Shown: positions 11,489 through 20,058 of the stretch, one piece after another
How positions within the stretch are numbered: the stretch's first letter is position 1
How the letters are laid out: each line of letters begins with the position of its first letter
NCBI RefSeq assembly: GCF_000018785.1
Contig: NC_010163.1
Location: forward strand, 1,290,001-1,322,000
From: Acholeplasma laidlawii PG-8A
GTDB taxonomy: Bacteria > Bacillota_I > Bacilli_A > Acholeplasmatales > Acholeplasmataceae
Length of the DNA: 32,000 nt
Direction: 5' to 3'
Notes under the pieces: generated by a model
The model's database searches: none
Told to the model about the DNA's origin: nothing
The model's input: the letters and a program-made list of their open reading frames with translations, nothing else
Program-made: the position numbers and the translations under genes

Positions 11489-13019
11489 GTTTAACTTCCT
11501 TTCCTGCTTGTCTGTTTTCCAAGTAATTTACAGCAAGTGATGTAACCCCTGTTAAGACTAAGTAGATAATTGCTGTAATAACAAATGGTGTAACAGTATC
11601 ATAGGTTGCACCAACAACTTGACGTGTTGCATTAAATAAGTCAAGCACACCAATCACACTTAATACTGCAGTATCTTTTAAATTGACAATGAACTCATTG
11701 CCAATTGCTGGCAATGCATTTTTAATTGCTTGAGGATATACAATGTATAATAACGATTTTACTCTTGAAAACCCTAAAGATCTTGCTGCTTCCATTTGTC
11801 CTTTATCAATAGCATTCATACTACCACGCAGTATTTCTGCTATATAAGCAGCAGTATTTAAAACAACAATGATTAAACCAGCAGATAGTGGTGTCCACCA
11901 AGATAGATCAAAAATAAGTTTTACACCGTAATAAAAAATCATTGCTTGTACAATCATCGGTGTACCTCTAAATAAAACAATATAAATTGTAGCTATACCG
12001 CTTGTTAAACGCTTAAATAAAATTCTAATGAAGCCATCTCTTTTTTTATCTACTATTTGAGTTTTTAGCCAAACTAGTATAAGCGATAATATAAACCCAC
12101 CCAAAGTACCTATGATCGCTAATAGAAGTGTTACCCCAACACCTTGAATGAATAGTGATACATACTTACCTATTAAATCAAATATACTAAGTTCAGATTC
12201 GTTGTTTCTGATCACTGCTGCAGTCATCATTTCATTTCTAGTTTCAACACTAATTGTGCTTAATGCACTATTAATTTCATCAAGTAACTCAGTATCTGAT
12301 TTTCTAACACCTACAGAAACGGTAATATCTGATTCTTCTGATGTAAATCCAAATCCTTGTTCAAATTTAACAATTGTTAATGAAGGATTTGATTTTACAA
12401 CAGATTCTGCAACTGGTAGCTCTGCTACAAAAGCATCTGATACATTTGTCATAACAGATGCAACTAGATTGCTATAAGCATCTAGCGGTGTTTGATGTAC
12501 CACGTTTTCTATTTGTGGTATTAAATCATCATATAGTGTACCTCTTTGAGCAACAACCTTAGAACCGTTAAAGTCGGTTAATTTTGAAGCACTCGCATAA
12601 TTTGAATCCTTTTTAACGACCATGACTATCTCAGAACGGTAATATTCATCACTAAAATTAATCTGTAGCTTTCGCTCACTTGTTGGACTCATACCTGCGA
12701 TAATTACATCAATCTCGCCACTGTTTAAAGCAGGAATTAACCCATCCCATTCGATTGCTTTAATAACTAGATTACGATCCATAATATTAGCTAGTTCTTT
12801 TGACATTTGAACGTCATAACCATCTACATATGAACCTGGTTGATTACTAATCGGATAAGCGTAATCACTCACACTAGTTACAGTCCAATTAAATGGTGCA
12901 TATGCCGCTTCTAATCCAACGACTAAATCTTTTTTAGTTTCATTATTTGCTTGTGTCGTACAAGCAATTAATGTAGTACTCATTATTAACACTATGAGTA
13001 TTGTTACAAGTTTCTTCAT
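11481..13019 (-). CDS. amino acid ABC transporter, substrate-binding/permease fusion protein
   Basis: Lipoprotein signal, SBP domain ([14 protein letters not shown]...), then His/Glu/Gln permease region ([17 protein letters not shown]; [35 protein letters not shown]). Overlaps the ATPase gene start by 8 nt. Confidence 0.95.
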   Translation of the reverse strand: MKKLVTILIVLIMSTTLIACTTQANNETKKDLVVGLEAAYAPFNWTVTSVSDYAYPISNQPGSYVDGYDVQMSKELANIMDRNLVIKAIEWDGLIPALNSGEIDVIIAGMSPTSERKLQINFSDEYYRSEIVMVVKKDSNYASASKLTDFNGSKVVAQRGTLYDDLIPQIENVVHQTPLDAYSNLVASVMTNVSDAFVAELPVAESVVKSNPSLTIVKFEQGFGFTSEESDITVSVGVRKSDTELLDEINSALSTISVETRNEMMTAAVIRNNESELSIFDLIGKYVSLFIQGVGVTLLLAIIGTLGGFILSLILVWLKTQIVDKKRDGFIRILFKRLTSGIATIYIVLFRGTPMIVQAMIFYYGVKLIFDLSWWTPLSAGLIIVVLNTAAYIAEILRGSMNAIDKGQMEAARSLGFSRVKSLLYIVYPQAIKNALPAIGNEFIVNLKDTAVLSVIGVLDLFNATRQVVGATYDTVTPFVITAIIYLVLTGVTSLAVNYLENRQAGKEVKHA

Positions 13020-13045
13020 ATTAAACCACCTTATTTATTTTGTAC

Positions 13046-13240
13046 AAAAAAAAACGCCAAGAAGCGTTTTATAATATCAATTATAATAGCTCCTCTACTT
13101 TCGTAGGAGTGTTATTGGTATTACCAACAACCCCATAAATAATGAATGTCTTCATTATTTATTCGGCGATTTTTGCCTTTGAAGTGGTTCATAGCCTACC
13201 GGCTCCCCACTCTACTCTTCTTAATCGCAACCTCTATTTA
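13046..13240 (-). promoter_or_regulatory. Lysine riboswitch (L-box)-like leader with intrinsic terminator
   Basis: Minus-strand transcript contains AGAGGUUGCGAUUAAGAAGAGUA, GGGGAGCCGGUAGGCUAUGAACCAC, AUCGCCGAAUAAAUAAUG...CAUUAUUUAUGGGG, then terminator AAAACGC-uucuug-GCGUUUUUUUUU just upstream of the transporter. Confidence 0.85.
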
Positions 13241-13378
13241 TATTTATTTGTAAGGACATTATAATATAACATCCCTAATATATCAACCTAAGATTTTAAA
13301 AAAATTATATAATGTGATAAATGTCATATATCAAATACTCTTATTTTTAATGCTTTAAGTACTTATTAGATCTTTTGA

Positions 13379-15499
13379 TCAAGATTTAACCATGTTTAAA
13401 GTTAATGCATTAAGTGCAACAATTACAGTTGAAAGTGACATCAATACACCACCAATTGCAGGTGATAAAATTATTCCAAACGGTGCTAAAATACCAGCTG
13501 CAATTGGAATTGCAATAAAGTTATAACCAGCACCCCAAATTAAATTTTCATTCATTTTTCTGTTTGTCTTAAAAGACAAATCAATAAATGATGCAATATC
13601 ACCTGGTTCTGAATTTGTTAAAATAACATCTGCAGAATCTATAGCAACTTGGGTACCAGCTCCAATTGCTACACCAACATCTGCAAGTGCTAAAGAAGGT
13701 GCATCATTAATACCGTCTCCCATCATTATGACAATTAAACCTTGTTTTTTAAATTTATCAACTAATTTATACTTATCTTCCGGTGACTGATTAGCGTAAT
13801 ATTCAATGTCTAGTTTATTAGCTACAATTTTTGCAGCATATTCATTGTCACCTGTTGCCATAATAGGTCTTATACCTTTATGTTTTAATTCTTTTATAAG
13901 TTTTTGACTTGAAGTCTTTAGACTATCACCTAATTTGACAACCCCAATTGCTTTATTATTCTTTAATAGAATACTTACTGTGTACCCAAAATCATTTTGA
14001 ATCGTGATTGGTTCTTTATATGCATTTACACTTATAAACTCATAAGTATCTAAACCAACACTACCTTCTAATCCTTTACCTGATATGTAATTGATCTTAT
14101 CGAATTTTAAAGCTTTAATATCCTTATTTTTAGCATATTCTATAATGGATTGTGCAATCGGATGGCTAGATGCTGATTCTATACCATATAAAATTGAAAT
14201 AACTTCTTCTTCAGTTAGTGAGTTATCTAATAGATCAATATGTTGTACTTTAAAAATACCTGTGGTTAGTGTCCCTGTTTTATCTAATATAACAATATCC
14301 GCTTTAGTAGTTAAATTATAAGTTTGTCTATCTTTTACTAAAACACCATTTACACTGCCAATGCTGGTGCTTCTAGATATTACTAGAGGTATTGCTAAAC
14401 CAAGCGCGTGTGGACATGCAATAATTAAAGTTGTAATTGAAAATAAAATAGCACTATTTAAATCCTCCATCAAATACCATACAACAAATGATACAAGTGC
14501 TGCAAATAACGCTAAATAAAATAGCCATCCTGCTACTTTTTTAGCATTATTTTCAGCTCTTGACGGTTTAGACTGTGCATCCATAATTAAGTTTTTAACT
14601 TGTGATAAATATGCATCTTTGCCTGTTTTTGTGACTTTAACTTCTAGTTTACTATATTCGTTTGTTGAGCCACCAATAACAAAGTCACCAACTTTTTTTA
14701 CTACAGGTACTGATTCTCCAGTTAATAAAGATTCGTTAACTCTAGATTCACCCTTTAAAATAATGCCATCTGCAGCAACATTTTCACCTGATTGAACAAT
14801 GATTACATCATTTATCTTTAACTGTGAAATTGGAACTTCTACCATTTCACCATGCTCTTTTAGTAGTAAAGCATTTTTAGGTAATAATTTTGCAAGTGAT
14901 TCTTGTGCATCACCTGCTTTCATTAAAGCAAGCATCTCTATCCAGTGACCGAGTAGCATAATAAGTAATAAAGAAGCAAACTCAAATAAAAAATCCATAT
15001 AGTGTTCACCTGTAACATATCTTATAACCACAGCAAATACACTATATAAAAAAGATACACTAATACCCATTGTAACAAGTGCCATCATACCTGGCTGCTT
15101 ATTTTTAAGTTCCGTTACTGCACCTTGTATAAATGGTTTACCACCATAAATGAAGAGTATTATAGAAATAAATAAGGCCAGTATATCTGAATATTTAAAC
15201 TCATAATAAAATGGAAATGGTAAGTGTATACCCATAAAAGGTGATAACCACATTACGATTAAACCAAGTGGTAAGGAAATTAAAAATATCTTCTTAAAGT
15301 TACCGTGATGGTGATGTTTGTGATGGTTATGATCGTCATGGTTATGATGATTATGGTCATCATGGTTATGATGATTCATGTGTTCATGATTATGATGATT
15401 ATGGTCGTCATGGTTATGATGATTCATGTGTTCGTGTTTATCATCCATTGCGTGTTCATGATTATGCTTAGACTTAGAATTAAATTGATTTTTTTTCAT
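13379..15499 (-). CDS. copB: CopB-like P1B-type copper-translocating ATPase with His-rich N-terminus
   Basis: DKTGTLTTG phosphorylation site, TM motif ACPHALGLAIPLV (CPH), GDGINDAPSLALADVGVAIG; His/Asp/Asn-rich N-terminal tail; RBS GGAG before ATG. Confidence 0.9.
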   Translation of the reverse strand: MKKNQFNSKSKHNHEHAMDDKHEHMNHHNHDDHNHHNHEHMNHHNHDDHNHHNHDDHNHHKHHHHGNFKKIFLISLPLGLIVMWLSPFMGIHLPFPFYYEFKYSDILALFISIILFIYGGKPFIQGAVTELKNKQPGMMALVTMGISVSFLYSVFAVVIRYVTGEHYMDFLFEFASLLLIMLLGHWIEMLALMKAGDAQESLAKLLPKNALLLKEHGEMVEVPISQLKINDVIIVQSGENVAADGIILKGESRVNESLLTGESVPVVKKVGDFVIGGSTNEYSKLEVKVTKTGKDAYLSQVKNLIMDAQSKPSRAENNAKKVAGWLFYLALFAALVSFVVWYLMEDLNSAILFSITTLIIACPHALGLAIPLVISRSTSIGSVNGVLVKDRQTYNLTTKADIVILDKTGTLTTGIFKVQHIDLLDNSLTEEEVISILYGIESASSHPIAQSIIEYAKNKDIKALKFDKINYISGKGLEGSVGLDTYEFISVNAYKEPITIQNDFGYTVSILLKNNKAIGVVKLGDSLKTSSQKLIKELKHKGIRPIMATGDNEYAAKIVANKLDIEYYANQSPEDKYKLVDKFKKQGLIVIMMGDGINDAPSLALADVGVAIGAGTQVAIDSADVILTNSEPGDIASFIDLSFKTNRKMNENLIWGAGYNFIAIPIAAGILAPFGIILSPAIGGVLMSLSTVIVALNALTLNMVKS

Positions 15500-15517
15500 A
15501 TGTGCACTCCTTATTTA

Positions 15518-15538
15518 ACCCCTATATGGGGGGGGTAT
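15518..15538. promoter_or_regulatory. CsoR-like copper-sensor operator upstream of the CopB gene
   Basis: ACCCCTATATGGGGGGGGTAT: C-run/AT centre/G-run flanked by TAT, resembling CsoR-family operators. Confidence 0.55.
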
Positions 15539-15637
15539 GTTTATATCATATCTAAATTTTAATTACTTGTCAATTAATATTACTTATAGTGTTTATTAAG
15601 TTTGATTTTAACATTTAGTTTGAGCAGGTTAAAAAAA

Positions 15638-15661
15638 CCAGAAACTTTACATAGTTTCTGG
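15638..15661 (-). terminator. Terminator at the 3' end of the nuclease/helicase cassette
   Basis: CCAGAAACT-atgtaa-AGTTTCTGG followed by TTTTTTT on the minus strand. Confidence 0.85.
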
Positions 15662-15818
15662 TATAAATGTCAATATAAGAGGGTAGCAAAACTGGACATT
15701 CCAATACTTTTTATAGGGTATAGTTTAGTTTTTATCCTTAATTTTATTTTAATCACACTTTCTATAATAGACTGTGTTATTTTATCTAATTTTAATTTTT
15801 AAGAGGAGTATCTAATTT

Positions 15819-16412
15819 TTACTTAAAATCAAGCAAGTACGCAAAATCATCGATATCATATAATTTAATATTTAGCTTTTCTGCACCAATTTTAGCCTGT
15901 CTAGTAAATCCATGATTATTTGATATGACTACCCAATATTCATTACATTTATAAATTTTACCCCCTGAATGTACTTCTTTAACAGCATCATAACCAACTT
16001 TACCCTTATAGTGCTTAACCTGAATACCGATAACCTTGTTTTCGATCTTCGCGATTACATCAATACCAAAATCACCGGATTTCTTTGTCAATTCTGTCTT
16101 GTATCCGATCAGTTTTAAACTATCTGCAACAAACTTTTCAAATTGATATCCATCCATGGTTTTTATCTTTTTGAAGTTATACTTAATCCTTGTGCGTTCA
16201 ATCTTCTTATTTCTTTCATAAATTTTATATATTTTGTAACCTCTCATACCTAACGCTGCTATCGTTAGTATAATCCCTGGTATTAAATATAAAATTCCAT
16301 AATTCATAGCTGCAAGTATAATTGCTGCTAAACCAAAAGAACCAATAACTATATCCTTATTCTTTATTAAATATTTAATTTCAGCTTTTGAAAATAAATT
16401 GTCATTGCTCAT
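15819..16412 (-). CDS. Mrr-like restriction endonuclease with N-terminal transmembrane segments
   Basis: Two hydrophobic segments (DIVIGSFGLAAIILAAMNYGILYLIPGIILTIAALGM) then FEKFVADSLKLIGYKTELTKKSGDFGIDVIAKIENKVIGIQVKHYKGKVGYDAVKEVHSG. RBS supports the ATG at 16412 rather than the track start at 16454. Confidence 0.85.
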   Translation of the reverse strand: MSNDNLFSKAEIKYLIKNKDIVIGSFGLAAIILAAMNYGILYLIPGIILTIAALGMRGYKIYKIYERNKKIERTRIKYNFKKIKTMDGYQFEKFVADSLKLIGYKTELTKKSGDFGIDVIAKIENKVIGIQVKHYKGKVGYDAVKEVHSGGKIYKCNEYWVVISNNHGFTRQAKIGAEKLNIKLYDIDDFAYLLDFK

Positions 16413-16487
16413 TTTTATCCTCCACAAGATTAAATGCATTTGATTATCAAACAAAATAAAACTTATTATTTAAGCATGCTAGAACAA

Positions 16488-19400
16488 TTATTTCAGTATG
16501 TTTATAATACTTTCTCTAACAAACATATATCTTCTTGAGTAGTCATTACCTATCTTTAGTAGTTTTATATTGTTATCCTTGCATATTTGCTCTTTTTTTG
16601 AATCACGCCACTTTGTTTCTTCACTCGAATCATGTTCAGGTCCATTAAGTTCTATTACTAGTACAGGTATTAAATTTCTACCACGTTTAATATAAAGCAC
16701 AAAATCAAACACCGCTTTTGTACCATAATCAAATAATACTGGATGTGTAAATTTATTAAGAACATTAGCCACTTTAACTTGTGTTTTAATTTCATACTGA
16801 TCAGCTGTTGTTAGATAGTGCTTAATTGTTTCGAAGAGTTCAGTTTCGGCTTTCGTATTATATTGTTGATAGTTATGGCTATTCACAGTCATAAGTTCGT
16901 TTTTTGGAGTTAACTCAAACTTCTCTCCATTATTAGCAACATAATCTACTAATTCCACCAAATCATTACTTTGCCCTAAAGATCTACTTCTAATTTCTTC
17001 TGCATCTCCAACAATAATGAGTTCTTTCTTAGGACGTGTGGTTGCTACATTAATTAGCTCAACATTATTCTTAATCCAATCAAAAGTACCTTGTTTAGTA
17101 CTAGGAGTTATTGCTGGACTAAAGTATATCGTATCCTTTTCATCACCTTGAAAAGTATGAATAGTTCCCACTTCTACATGTTTCAAATCATATTCATTTA
17201 ATATGTTTTTTATAAGCTCAGATTGATTAACAAATGGTGTAATTACACCAACATTAAAATTACCCCTTTTTTTAATATACTCTGCAATTTGGATTGCTTC
17301 CATTTCAGAAGTATTTTTTTGAGAATTTGTTTTATTAGTACTATTTCCAGCAACATCTGCTAAAAATAATGCCTTTGTATCGTTGATTGCTGTTTCTATT
17401 TTTAATTCATTTTTATAATACTTTTGATTACTAAAATTTATAATTGATTTGTGACTTCTATAATGATAGTTAAGTAGTACAAAGGGTGAAATATAATCAA
17501 CTAATTGCATGAGCCCTAGTATGGAATTGTTTAAGTAATTATATACATCTGGTATCTTATACTTAATCATTAGTTTTTTATTTAATGCATGAGAAAGTGT
17601 AATCACTGGTCTTAATTGATTTAAATCACCCACAAGCAATAATTTTTTTGCTCTAGAAATAGGAAATAGAGCATAGCCGATTGAACATTGTCCAGCCTCA
17701 TCTATAATCGACAAGTCAAATGAAGGCTCAGGATTTCCTAACCTTGCAGCAGATATATTTGTAGTCATTATAATTGGAAATATTTTGATTAAATCTTTTA
17801 AATTGTCTTGGTTGGTAATATATCTATTAAAGTCGGTTACTCTCTTTTGCTCGTTTTCATCTTTTATAATACTGATTAAATCATTGTATTTAGGTTCTTT
17901 AAATAGTTTAGAAAAACTATTTAAAGATGTATAATACAGCCACATTAAAAAGTCTCTATCAACTTTTTGGATGTGTTTTTGGATACTATCTACCTCAATA
18001 TCCGGTAAACTATCATAATCTTTCTTATATTTTTCATACTCTGCAGTTATTGTTGATACTCTTAAGTTACCCTTAAAAGCTTCTATCACAGAATCTAATG
18101 AATCCATCTGTTCTTTAAGTTGTAATTTGTATTCGTAATCTTTTATTAAATTATTTATAATTGAAAAATTAGATTGACTCAAATTCTTTTTAGAATTAAG
18201 CTGACTCTCGTTAGGTCTGTCAAACTGTTCCTTATAACCATCATATATCGCCTTAATACGCTCTATGGCTTCTAAGACTCTATCTCTGTTGCCTAACCTT
18301 AAAACAGGTAGAGGTATTGTTTTAGTACCATATTTGAGATTAATCAGTTTAGTATAGATATCATCTATGGGTTTATTATTATTTGATGATACTAATACAG
18401 TTTGTTCGTTAAATAAGGTAGATATTAATAAGTTAATAATACTATGTGTTTTTCCTGTACCAGGAGGGCCTTGTACATATGTTATTGGGTGTTTTAATGC
18501 ATTAGAGATAACTCTTAATTGACTTATATTTACCTTATTATCTAATGTCACTATTTGGTAATCATCTTTTTTTCCTAATCTGTGTTTACTCATATTGCCA
18601 AAAAAGGCTTGTAGCGGTGTATTACCTTCCTTTTTTGCCATAAGTATTGAAATATATTTGAATTGTTCTTGAACATTAATACTAAGTTGCCTAATTTGAT
18701 CCATTATATATGGAGTATCATCAAGTTTCTCACCTTTTCTTATGTTGTCCTGTAAAATGTTCTTTGCTTCATTAATATTTGTTGTATATAGTTCTGTGAA
18801 CACTTCAACTTCTATATCTAAGTAATTTCTTAGGTTATGAATGTTTATTTCTTTTTCATCCATAATAAATGAATAGTTAAAATGTACTTCATCTTCCATA
18901 ACCAGAGATTTTGAATAAGGATTGAAATTTAATTTCTTGTAGGCAATAACATATTTACCCCTAGGTGTAATAATGGACAAATCATTAATAATAAGATCAA
19001 TAATTGTGAGATTATTATTTTCCATTTGAGATGAAATTTTGCTTAACTGATCAGAAATTATGCCAATTTGTTGGTAGTTAAGTTTAACTGTTCCATTAGT
19101 TTTTAATATATTTTGATCAATACCATAAACTAGTACACTCTCTCTTTGGTATGGGGGTTGATCATATATTAAGCAGTCTTTATAGTATAGAAACATCTTT
19201 TCATCATATAGATCAAATTCCAACCATTTTAGCCTATCTAATTGGCCTTCTATTTTGTCAATCAAATCTTCCGGTACATCATAAGTTGTGCCCTCAACAA
19301 TATACGCAGCTTGAATTCGATCAAAAAGGATAGTTCTCTTATCTACCCCATTATTATCATTTTCCAATTTAGTTTGATTAAATGCATCAATATAAAGATA

Positions 19401-19550
19401 TTTGTTATCAACATCAATATCCCGAATGCAACACCAAAAGAACGTCTTTTTATCATCAGCGTTCGTGTAGTTAATTGCAACCCATTTGGACTCTTTAATT
19501 GATCTTGATAATGTTTTCCCTATATGTTCCATATGTATCCCCATCAACAT
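16488..19550 (-). CDS. SF1 (UPF1/Dna2-like) helicase with C-terminal DUF2726-like nuclease domain
   Basis: Walker A YVQGPPGTGKTHSIINLL, Walker B SIIDEAGQC, LLVGDLNQLRP, IGTIHTFQGDEKDTIYFS, NVATTRPKKELIIVGD; C-terminus FDYGTKAVFDFVLYIKRGRNLIPVLVIELNGPEHD...DNNIKLLKI. Confidence 0.85.
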   Translation of the reverse strand: MLMGIHMEHIGKTLSRSIKESKWVAINYTNADDKKTFFWCCIRDIDVDNKYLYIDAFNQTKLENDNNGVDKRTILFDRIQAAYIVEGTTYDVPEDLIDKIEGQLDRLKWLEFDLYDEKMFLYYKDCLIYDQPPYQRESVLVYGIDQNILKTNGTVKLNYQQIGIISDQLSKISSQMENNNLTIIDLIINDLSIITPRGKYVIAYKKLNFNPYSKSLVMEDEVHFNYSFIMDEKEINIHNLRNYLDIEVEVFTELYTTNINEAKNILQDNIRKGEKLDDTPYIMDQIRQLSINVQEQFKYISILMAKKEGNTPLQAFFGNMSKHRLGKKDDYQIVTLDNKVNISQLRVISNALKHPITYVQGPPGTGKTHSIINLLISTLFNEQTVLVSSNNNKPIDDIYTKLINLKYGTKTIPLPVLRLGNRDRVLEAIERIKAIYDGYKEQFDRPNESQLNSKKNLSQSNFSIINNLIKDYEYKLQLKEQMDSLDSVIEAFKGNLRVSTITAEYEKYKKDYDSLPDIEVDSIQKHIQKVDRDFLMWLYYTSLNSFSKLFKEPKYNDLISIIKDENEQKRVTDFNRYITNQDNLKDLIKIFPIIMTTNISAARLGNPEPSFDLSIIDEAGQCSIGYALFPISRAKKLLLVGDLNQLRPVITLSHALNKKLMIKYKIPDVYNYLNNSILGLMQLVDYISPFVLLNYHYRSHKSIINFSNQKYYKNELKIETAINDTKALFLADVAGNSTNKTNSQKNTSEMEAIQIAEYIKKRGNFNVGVITPFVNQSELIKNILNEYDLKHVEVGTIHTFQGDEKDTIYFSPAITPSTKQGTFDWIKNNVELINVATTRPKKELIIVGDAEEIRSRSLGQSNDLVELVDYVANNGEKFELTPKNELMTVNSHNYQQYNTKAETELFETIKHYLTTADQYEIKTQVKVANVLNKFTHPVLFDYGTKAVFDFVLYIKRGRNLIPVLVIELNGPEHDSSEETKWRDSKKEQICKDNNIKLLKIGNDYSRRYMFVRESIINILK

Positions 19551-19651
19551 ATCTTTATAGAAATAGTTTATTTAATTTACTCTACTAGAGGTATTATACC
19601 TTTTTTTATCAAAATTTGAAAACCTAGCTTAGTTTATAATCAGGGTTCCTC

Positions 19652-20038
19652 TCATTTTGAATTATCTTCTTTACTGTAAATATCAAATGCTTCAACAATC
19701 TTTTCCTTAAATCTTTTTCTTCCAATTAATAATACATGCAATTTATTTGCTGAAATGGTGGCTGATTTTTGAAATTTGGCATTTGTAATAACAACTGCTG
19801 TATTACACTTGTAAATCCCTTTAGCAGTATAAATTTCTTAAACTGCCTTTAAGTTTACTTTTTGCTTTAAATATAATTTAGCTTGGATATAGATTTTATC
19901 TTTCCTTTTTTCTGCAAAGACATCTACCCCATAATCGTGACTTCCTTTTGTTATTTTGACCCTAAAACCTGATCTTTTATATGTTTCTGCAATGATTTTT
20001 TTAAAAACATGTGGTTTGAGTTGATCTATTAATGTCAA
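19652..20038 (-). pseudogene. Mrr-like restriction endonuclease interrupted by an in-frame TAA
   Basis: Read straight through TAA at 19838-19840, 129 codons: MTLIDQLKPHVFKKIIAETYKRSGFRVKITKGSHDYGVDVFAEKRKDKIYIQAKLYLKQKVNLKAV*EIYTAKGIYKCNTAVVITNAKFQKSATISANKLHVLLIGRKRFKEKIVEAFDIYSKEDNSK*. Same frame, Mrr-like homology on both sides of the stop. The ORF track shows only 19838..20038. Confidence 0.8.
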
Positions 20039-20058
20039 AATTTCATCCTCTGTTGATT

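Noticed and set aside
10860-12477. Plus-strand ORFs 10860..11231, 11283..11540, 12148..12477
   Set aside because: Antisense to strongly supported ABC transporter genes.
15305-15562. Plus-strand ORF (85 aa, Met/Val/Ile-rich)
   Set aside because: It is the antisense frame of the His-rich repeats of the CopB-like gene; the composition is an artefact.
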